Assembly: GCA_963677435.1 (NCBI GenBank) | Contig: OY781945.1 | Span: forward strand, 320,001-384,000 | DNA: 64,000 bases | Source: an uncultured Aliarcobacter sp. | Lineage (GTDB): Bacteria > Campylobacterota > Campylobacteria > Campylobacterales > Arcobacteraceae | Direction: 5' to 3' | In this document: one piece after another, positions 57,368 through 64,000 of the stretch | How positions within the stretch are numbered: position 1 is the first letter of the stretch | Layout of the letters: each line of letters starts with the position of its first letter | The notes under the pieces: generated by a model | Told to the model about the DNA's origin: nothing | The model's database searches: none | The model's input: the letters and a program-made list of their open reading frames with translations, nothing else | Position numbers and translations under genes: made by a program

Positions 57368-59848
57368 TTGAAATTTATTGTTTTATTTTTGTTCTTTTTT
57401 AATATTTTATTTGCGAACTCAGCTATCTTAACACAAGAAGAAAAAGAGTGGATAGATAACAATAGTATAAATATTGGTATTACAGATTTATATCCGTTAA
57501 GTTACTTAAATAAAGATTATCAAAGAGATGGTTTTGCAAATGATATTTTAGAACTTATTATTAAAAAATTTCAAATTAAAACAAAAACTGTGGATATAAA
57601 TAAAGGCAACATTGAGTTTGCTTTTGAAAACGGTGAAATAGATTTAGTACCAGTAATAAATAACTCAAAAATCAATAGTAAAGTTGCAGTTTACTCCTCT
57701 GAAATTCTAAAAGTAAAAAATATTATATTTGTAAAAAAAGAACAAAATAAAATTAATACATATGATGATTTAAATTATAAAAGAGTCGCTATTGTAAATG
57801 AAACAGGAAATATTTCTAGTATTAAAAAGAAATATCCAAAAATAAAAATAGTAGAAACTCAAAGAATAGATGAGTCGGTTCAAAAACTTCTTGGGGGAAG
57901 TGTTGATGCGCTAATTGCTTCACCAATTATTGTTCAAAAATATTTAGAAGATAATCTAATTATTGACCTAAAAGCTATGCCTCTTCTTAGTTTTGAACCT
58001 TCGATTTTTTATTTTTTTGTAAATAAAAATAAAAAAATACTGCAATCAATTTTAGAAAAAGGTTTAGATTCAATTTCAATTAAAGAGGAAAAAGAACTCT
58101 TTGATAGATGGTTTTTAAAAGATGTGGCAGATTTACCTTTGACTCTTACAGAAGAAGAAGTAAGTTATCTACAGAAAAAAACAAGTATAAATATGTGTGC
58201 TGATCCTGATTGGATGCCATATGAAAAAATAGAGAATCATAAACATATAGGTATCGTTGCTGATTATATGAAAGAGTTTGAAAAAAAGATTGGTGTTCCA
58301 ATAAAACTTGTAGAAACTAAAAATTGGACAGAATCTTTAGAATTTGTGAAAAATAGAAATTGTGATATTCTCTCACTAGTAATGGATACAAAAAATAGAC
58401 GAGAATATATGAATTTTACAAAAGCATATATAACAGCACCTTTAGTTTTAGTTACAAAAAGAAATCTAAATTTTATTAATGATTTAAATACTTTAGAAAA
58501 TAAAAAGATTGGTATACAAAAAGATTTTGCATTTAATGAAATAATTAGACGAGATTATCCAAATTTACAAGTTATTGATGTTAATCACTTGCGTGATGGT
58601 TTGAAAAAAGTTGAAAGGGGCGAACTTTTTGGTCAAGTAACAACGCATCTTAATGTTGCTTATGCTTTTCAAGAAGAGTTTTATGGTAGTTTACAAATAT
58701 CAGGTAAATTTGATAATGAATGGCATCTTTCTGTGGGTGTGAGAAATGATGACCCAATACTTTTGAGTATTTTTGAAAAAGTAGTTAATTCAATAAGTGA
58801 TGAAAGTAAACAGAAAATCATTAATAATTGGGTATCAGTTAAATATGAAAAAAGTATTGATTATAAACTATTTTGGAGTGTTATAAGTTTTCTGATTTTT
58901 ATTTTATTGTTAATTTTATATACCTATATTCTTCAGCGTAGATATATTAGAAAATTAACAAAAGTAAAAGAAGAAATAGAGATGTTAAATAGTACTTTAG
59001 AAAAAAAAGTACATATAAGAACAAGGGAACTTGAATTATCAAATCGAAAGTTAAAAATTAAAACTTTAGAACTTGAACATTTAAATAATACGCTAGACAC
59101 TAGAATAAAAGAGGAAATTAATAATAGAAAAAAACAAGAACAACTTTTAATTCAACAATCAAAACTCGCAGAAATGGGAGAAATGATAAGTATGATTGCT
59201 CATCAATGGCGACAGCCACTGAGTGCTCTTAGTACAATTATTCAAAATATACATTTGCGTTATTCATTAGATAAACTTGATAAAGAGTATTTAGATAAGC
59301 AAAGAATTTTAAGTAATGCTCTTACAGAAAAAATGTCAAAGACGATTGAAGATTTTAGAAACTTTTTTAAACCTAATAAAGAGAAACAAGCTTTCTCTAT
59401 TAAAGAAGTTATAAATCAAACAATTTTTCTTATTGATGATAGTTTTAAAAGTAACAGCATTAAAATTGAAAGTCAAATTTTAGATGATATAAAAATATAT
59501 GGTTTTGAGAGTGAACTCTCACAAGTGTTATTAAATATTCTTACAAATTCTAAGGATGCTTTTTTAGAAAAAGATATTGAAAATCCGCGTATTGTGATTA
59601 AAACTAAACGAATTGAAACTCATATCAAAATATTAGTTTCTGATAATGCAGGTGGAATTAGTGACTCAATTATCAATAAAATATTTGAACCATATTTTAC
59701 AACAAAAGATAGCTACAATGGTACAGGTCTTGGATTGTATATGAGTAAGATAATTATTGAACAAAATATGCAAGGACAATTAAAAGTAAAAAATATTCCA
59801 CAAGGAGTGGAGTTTACCCTTTATATTCCCATTAATTATAAAGAATAA
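57368..59848 (+). CDS. Sensor histidine kinase with two periplasmic solute-binding (Venus flytrap) domains
   Basis: Two LT.EE..W/Y.....I repeats with DPDWMPYE-type motif, TM, IAHQWRQP, DNAGG, GTGLGL. Confidence 0.92.
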   Translation: MKFIVLFLFFFNILFANSAILTQEEKEWIDNNSINIGITDLYPLSYLNKDYQRDGFANDILELIIKKFQIKTKTVDINKGNIEFAFENGEIDLVPVINNSKINSKVAVYSSEILKVKNIIFVKKEQNKINTYDDLNYKRVAIVNETGNISSIKKKYPKIKIVETQRIDESVQKLLGGSVDALIASPIIVQKYLEDNLIIDLKAMPLLSFEPSIFYFFVNKNKKILQSILEKGLDSISIKEEKELFDRWFLKDVADLPLTLTEEEVSYLQKKTSINMCADPDWMPYEKIENHKHIGIVADYMKEFEKKIGVPIKLVETKNWTESLEFVKNRNCDILSLVMDTKNRREYMNFTKAYITAPLVLVTKRNLNFINDLNTLENKKIGIQKDFAFNEIIRRDYPNLQVIDVNHLRDGLKKVERGELFGQVTTHLNVAYAFQEEFYGSLQISGKFDNEWHLSVGVRNDDPILLSIFEKVVNSISDESKQKIINNWVSVKYEKSIDYKLFWSVISFLIFILLLILYTYILQRRYIRKLTKVKEEIEMLNSTLEKKVHIRTRELELSNRKLKIKTLELEHLNNTLDTRIKEEINNRKKQEQLLIQQSKLAEMGEMISMIAHQWRQPLSALSTIIQNIHLRYSLDKLDKEYLDKQRILSNALTEKMSKTIEDFRNFFKPNKEKQAFSIKEVINQTIFLIDDSFKSNSIKIESQILDDIKIYGFESELSQVLLNILTNSKDAFLEKDIENPRIVIKTKRIETHIKILVSDNAGGISDSIINKIFEPYFTTKDSYNGTGLGLYMSKIIIEQNMQGQLKVKNIPQGVEFTLYIPINYKE

Positions 59849-60118
59849 TCTTCATTAAGAATATTATTCTTTCATTAGATAGTCTTTAAACTTTTTTTCA
59901 AAAACCTTTATTTTTTCTACATTTATCAACATCACTATTTTTTATCTCCTCTAAGCTTTAAAATACTTATAAAAATACAACTTATGGTTACTTTTTCACT
60001 ACTCTTTTCCGTAATAATTAATTGTTTAGATTATTCATATATTACTTTTTGAAAAAGATTAAAACTTTGCAAATTAGTATTAGATGTATATCTTAGATGA
60101 AGAATAAAATCAAGTGAA

Positions 60119-61166
60119 AAAGGGGAGAAGTAATGTTAAATTTATTCAATAAAATTAGGAAGAATTTAATGACAACATCGATTGTTGCATTATTAAGTTT
60201 AGTAACAATGGTAGAGACTGCATCAGCAGCACAAAACTGGAGATTTGCGAATCTGTATGGAAGAGGGACAGCCTATGGAGAATTGTATAAAGATTTAGCA
60301 ACAGATATAGAGAAAAGAACAAATGGAGCAATAAAAGTACAAGTGCTTTTTTCAGGTGAAGGTGTAGGAACATCAGGATTATTAGGAGCAGCGAAATCAG
60401 GATTAATAACAATGGCAGCGCCATTTCAATCAATGCATGCAGGTGAATTACCATCAGGTATAGTTGAGATTGGTTTACCAGGTGGTACATCTGATACTGA
60501 TGAATTATATAAACTTTTCCATGAACAAGGATTTGGTGATGTAATGAAAAAAGCTTACGATGAACAAGGTCTAGTATGGTTAGAGCCATATATTCAACCA
60601 GCTGTTTATATTATTACTAAAAAACCAATTAACTCAATTGCAGATTTCCAAGGTCTTAAAATAAGAGCACCAGGAGCATATGGGAAATTCTTAAGAGAAT
60701 TAGGAGCATCACCAGTTTCTTTAGCATGGAGTGAGATTTATACAAGTTTAGCAACAGGTGTTATTGATGGTTCTATTGGTTCAAATATGATTGACCATAG
60801 AGATGGGAACCATGTAGAAGTAGCAAAATATATGTATAAATTGCCATTAGCAGGAGCACAAGTATTACCAATTGTTGTTAATAAAGCAGCATGGAATAAA
60901 TTGTCAGATGATTTAAAGAAAGAAGTATACGCAGCAACAGTAGATCACGCAAAAGCACAATTAGAGAACTCAAAAAAATGGGAGAAAGAGGCTTTAGATC
61001 AAATGGTAGCAAAAGGTTTACAATGGTCACCAGAGCCTTCAGAAGCAGATAAAGCAGCATGGAAAAAAGCTGGAGCTGGATTATGGGATGAATATTCTTC
61101 TAAAGATAAATATAGCAAAGAGCTAATTGATATTCTTAGAAAAAATGAAACAAAATAATTAATTTT
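60119..61166 (+). repeat. Copy 1 of a ~1048-bp direct repeat (dctP plus RBS)
   Basis: Matches 62509-63556 at offset 2390; identical translations. Confidence 0.95.
60133..61158 (+). CDS. dctP: TRAP transporter substrate-binding protein, copy 1
   Basis: Signal peptide, DFQGLKIRAPG, LGASPV, EIYTSLATGVIDG. Confidence 0.92.
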   Translation: MLNLFNKIRKNLMTTSIVALLSLVTMVETASAAQNWRFANLYGRGTAYGELYKDLATDIEKRTNGAIKVQVLFSGEGVGTSGLLGAAKSGLITMAAPFQSMHAGELPSGIVEIGLPGGTSDTDELYKLFHEQGFGDVMKKAYDEQGLVWLEPYIQPAVYIITKKPINSIADFQGLKIRAPGAYGKFLRELGASPVSLAWSEIYTSLATGVIDGSIGSNMIDHRDGNHVEVAKYMYKLPLAGAQVLPIVVNKAAWNKLSDDLKKEVYAATVDHAKAQLENSKKWEKEALDQMVAKGLQWSPEPSEADKAAWKKAGAGLWDEYSSKDKYSKELIDILRKNETK

Positions 61167-61182
61167 AAAATAAGGTCAAAAA

Positions 61183-62466
61183 ATGAATAACAAAGAATTA
61201 CAAGAAAGAAAATTAAAAGTATTTGCAAGAGGTCAAGGTAATACTTACCCTGTATATGTTAAAGAAGCAAAAAATGCTGAATTATGGGATGTTGAAGGTA
61301 ATAGATTTATTGATTTTGGTACAGGTATCGCTGTTTGTAATACAGGACATAGTCATCCAAAAATTGTTGAAGCTGTGAAATCACAAATCGAAAAATTTTC
61401 TCACACTTGTGTAATGGTTAATCCATATGAAGTTGCAGTTGAATTAGCAGAAAAATTAACAGCATTAGCGCCAGGTGATACTCCTAAAAAAGCTATTTTT
61501 GTAACAACTGGTGCAGAAGCTGTTGAAAATTGTGTGAAAATTGCAAGAGCATATACAAAAAGAAGAGCAGTAATCGCATTTAATGGTGCTTTCCATGGAA
61601 GAACTAGTTTAACTATGGCATTAACAGGAAAAACAGCTCCATATAAAGTTGGATTTGGACCATTCCCAGGTGAAATTTATCATGTTCCATTCCCAGCTCA
61701 AGCTTATGGTGCAACAGTTGCTGACTCATTAAAAGCAATTAAGAATATATTCAAATCAGATGTAGTTGCAGAAGATGTTGCAGCTATTATTGTTGAGCCA
61801 GTTCAAGGTGAAGGTGGTTTTTATGAAACACCAGTTGAATTATTACAAGCATTAAGAAAAATTTGTGATGAAAATGGAATTGTATTAATTTTTGATGAGA
61901 TTCAATCAGGATTTGGTAGAACTGGAAAAATGTTTAACTGCGAATATTCAGGAGTTGAACCAGATTTAATGACTATGGCAAAAGGAATTGCTGGTGGTTA
62001 TCCATTATCAGCTGTTGTTGGAAAAGCTGAAATTATGGATGCTCCAATCCCTGGTGGATTAGGTGGAACTTATGGTGGTTCGCCAGTAGGTTGTGCAGCA
62101 GGATTAGCAGTATTAAAAGTTATGGAAGAAGAAGATTTATTAAATAGATCAGTAATTATTGGAGATTTATTCAATAAAAGATTAACTGATTTACAAAATG
62201 AATTCCCAAAATTAATTTCTTGTGTAAGAAATAAAGGTTCTATGATTGCACTTGAATTAATGGTTGATGGTGATGCAAATACTCCAAATACTGAATTAAC
62301 AAAAGCAATTATTTCAAATGCAGTTGAGGCTGGATTAATTTTATTATCTTGTGGATATAACGCGAATGTTATCAGATTTTTACCACCATTAACAATTAGT
62401 GATGAAACTGCAAACGAAGGTTTAGACAAATTTACTGAATTATTTAGAAGCTTAGCTTCTAAATAA
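61183..62466 (+). CDS. gabT: 4-aminobutyrate/5-aminovalerate aminotransferase (class III)
   Basis: IDFGTGIAVCNTGH, TGAEAVEN, FHGRT, EPVQGEGGF, DEIQSGFGRTG, MAKGIAGG, GGTYGGSP. Confidence 0.9.
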   Translation: MNNKELQERKLKVFARGQGNTYPVYVKEAKNAELWDVEGNRFIDFGTGIAVCNTGHSHPKIVEAVKSQIEKFSHTCVMVNPYEVAVELAEKLTALAPGDTPKKAIFVTTGAEAVENCVKIARAYTKRRAVIAFNGAFHGRTSLTMALTGKTAPYKVGFGPFPGEIYHVPFPAQAYGATVADSLKAIKNIFKSDVVAEDVAAIIVEPVQGEGGFYETPVELLQALRKICDENGIVLIFDEIQSGFGRTGKMFNCEYSGVEPDLMTMAKGIAGGYPLSAVVGKAEIMDAPIPGGLGGTYGGSPVGCAAGLAVLKVMEEEDLLNRSVIIGDLFNKRLTDLQNEFPKLISCVRNKGSMIALELMVDGDANTPNTELTKAIISNAVEAGLILLSCGYNANVIRFLPPLTISDETANEGLDKFTELFRSLASK

Positions 62467-62508
62467 TTTTAGTGAAAATATTAATTGAAATATTAATAAG
62501 AAAAAAAT

Positions 62509-63556
62509 AAAGGGGAGAAGTAATGTTAAATTTATTCAATAAAATTAGGAAGAATTTAATGACAACATCGATTGTTGCATTATTAAGTTTAGTAACAATG
62601 GTAGAGACTGCATCAGCAGCACAAAACTGGAGATTTGCGAATCTGTATGGAAGAGGGACAGCCTATGGAGAATTGTATAAAGATTTAGCAACAGATATAG
62701 AGAAAAGAACAAATGGAGCAATAAAAGTACAAGTGCTTTTTTCAGGTGAAGGTGTAGGAACATCAGGATTATTAGGAGCAGCGAAATCAGGATTAATAAC
62801 AATGGCAGCGCCATTTCAATCAATGCATGCAGGTGAATTACCATCAGGTATAGTTGAGATTGGTTTACCAGGTGGTACATCTGATACTGATGAATTATAT
62901 AAACTTTTCCATGAACAAGGATTTGGTGATGTAATGAAAAAAGCTTACGATGAACAAGGTCTAGTATGGTTAGAGCCATATATTCAACCAGCTGTTTATA
63001 TTATTACTAAAAAACCAATTAACTCAATTGCAGATTTCCAAGGTCTTAAAATAAGAGCACCAGGAGCATATGGGAAATTCTTAAGAGAATTAGGAGCATC
63101 ACCAGTTTCTTTAGCATGGAGTGAGATTTATACAAGTTTAGCAACAGGTGTTATTGATGGTTCTATTGGTTCAAATATGATTGACCATAGAGATGGGAAC
63201 CATGTAGAAGTAGCAAAATATATGTATAAATTGCCATTAGCAGGAGCACAAGTATTACCAATTGTTGTTAATAAAGCAGCATGGAATAAATTGTCAGATG
63301 ATTTAAAGAAAGAAGTATACGCAGCAACAGTAGATCACGCAAAAGCACAATTAGAGAACTCAAAAAAATGGGAGAAAGAGGCTTTAGATCAAATGGTAGC
63401 AAAAGGTTTACAATGGTCACCAGAGCCTTCAGAAGCAGATAAAGCAGCATGGAAAAAAGCTGGAGCTGGATTATGGGATGAATATTCTTCTAAAGATAAA
63501 TATAGCAAAGAGCTAATTGATATTCTTAGAAAAAATGAAACAAAATAATTAATTTT
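62509..63556 (+). repeat. Copy 2 of the ~1048-bp direct repeat
   Basis: Matches 60119-61166. Confidence 0.95.
62523..63548 (+). CDS. dctP: TRAP transporter substrate-binding protein, copy 2
   Basis: Protein identical to 60133-61158. Confidence 0.92.
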   Translation: MLNLFNKIRKNLMTTSIVALLSLVTMVETASAAQNWRFANLYGRGTAYGELYKDLATDIEKRTNGAIKVQVLFSGEGVGTSGLLGAAKSGLITMAAPFQSMHAGELPSGIVEIGLPGGTSDTDELYKLFHEQGFGDVMKKAYDEQGLVWLEPYIQPAVYIITKKPINSIADFQGLKIRAPGAYGKFLRELGASPVSLAWSEIYTSLATGVIDGSIGSNMIDHRDGNHVEVAKYMYKLPLAGAQVLPIVVNKAAWNKLSDDLKKEVYAATVDHAKAQLENSKKWEKEALDQMVAKGLQWSPEPSEADKAAWKKAGAGLWDEYSSKDKYSKELIDILRKNETK

Positions 63557-63571
63557 GAAATTGAATTAATT

Positions 63572-64000
63572 ATGATTAAAAAAAATTTAAAATTATTTTG
63601 TTCAATTATTGACAAAATTGTTATGTGGACAGGTAAGGCGGCATCTTATATGATGCCTATCCTTGCCTTTATTGTTGTATACGAGGTAATTGCTCGATAT
63701 ATTTTTGATGCTCCAACAATTTGGGCATATGATTTATCATTATTTTTATTTGGTTATATTGCTGCATTAGGTGGAGCTTATGCTCAACAAAAAAAAGCTC
63801 ATATTAATGTAGATATTCTTTATCTAACTGTTTCTCCAAAAGTTAGAAATATTTTTAATCTTATCTCTTATTCTTTAGGAATATTTTTCTTAATGGTTAT
63901 TTTTTATGTAAGTATTGGGAAATTTAATGAAGCTATTCAATTCGATTATCGTAGACAAAGTGAATGGGCACCTGCTATGTGGCACTTCTGGGTTATGTTA
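63572..64000 (+). CDS. dctQ: TRAP small permease subunit, 5' part (runs off window)
   Basis: Manual translation MIKKNLKLFCSIIDKIVMWTGK...YEVIARYIFDAPTIWAYDLS...HINVDILY. Confidence 0.88.
   Translation, partial: MIKKNLKLFCSIIDKIVMWTGKAASYMMPILAFIVVYEVIARYIFDAPTIWAYDLSLFLFGYIAALGGAYAQQKKAHINVDILYLTVSPKVRNIFNLISYSLGIFFLMVIFYVSIGKFNEAIQFDYRRQSEWAPAMWHFWVML

Noticed and set aside
56630..59220. Shared nucleotide stretch ATGATAAGTATGATTGCTCATCAATGG in two genes
   Set aside because: Conserved H-box coding sequence of paralogous kinases, not a separate repeat element
974..62429. Many antisense or nested ORFs in the track (e.g. 974-1543, 8442-8831, 16383-16715, 46700-46990, 60155-60589, 62070-62429)
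   Set aside because: They lie opposite or inside well-supported genes and show no motifs; treated as shadow ORFs
1..64000. CRISPR array, tRNA, rRNA, transposase or prophage genes
   Set aside because: No regularly spaced repeat-spacer pattern or recognisable sequence found by eye

Overview
AT-rich chromosomal window from a Campylobacterota bacterium, most consistent with Arcobacteraceae (judged from gene content and protein style; no search run). In order: partial yedE-like gene; a minus-strand block with eptA-PAP2-dgkA and an SHP/diheme cytochrome c/cytochrome b operon with its own two-component system; typA; two convergent operons around an MCP gene that together encode a putative peptide-ligation/removal system (2 circularly permuted ATP-grasp ligases, alpha-E domains, 2 transglutaminase domains, a DUF2126 amidoligase, and one intact plus one catalytically degenerate M14 peptidase); hemerythrin; hsp20 with CIRCE-like and HAIR-like operators; a sulfate assimilation/Cys-Met operon; an RND efflux operon; a MoxR-like AAA+/DUF2201-vWA pair; an ERIC-like 122-bp palindrome; MarR-MFS, rof, LemA/TPM genes; a ThDP enzyme plus aldehyde dehydrogenase; a three-gene signalling cluster; and a TRAP locus with an apparently identical ~1.05-kb dctP duplication around gabT. 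No rRNA, tRNA, CRISPR array or transposase was recognised. The best candidate for an undescribed system is the ATP-grasp/transglutaminase/amidoligase/M14 locus, whose two promoters share a palindromic motif at identical spacing from the -10 box. All family calls come from motifs recognised by eye, not database searches.
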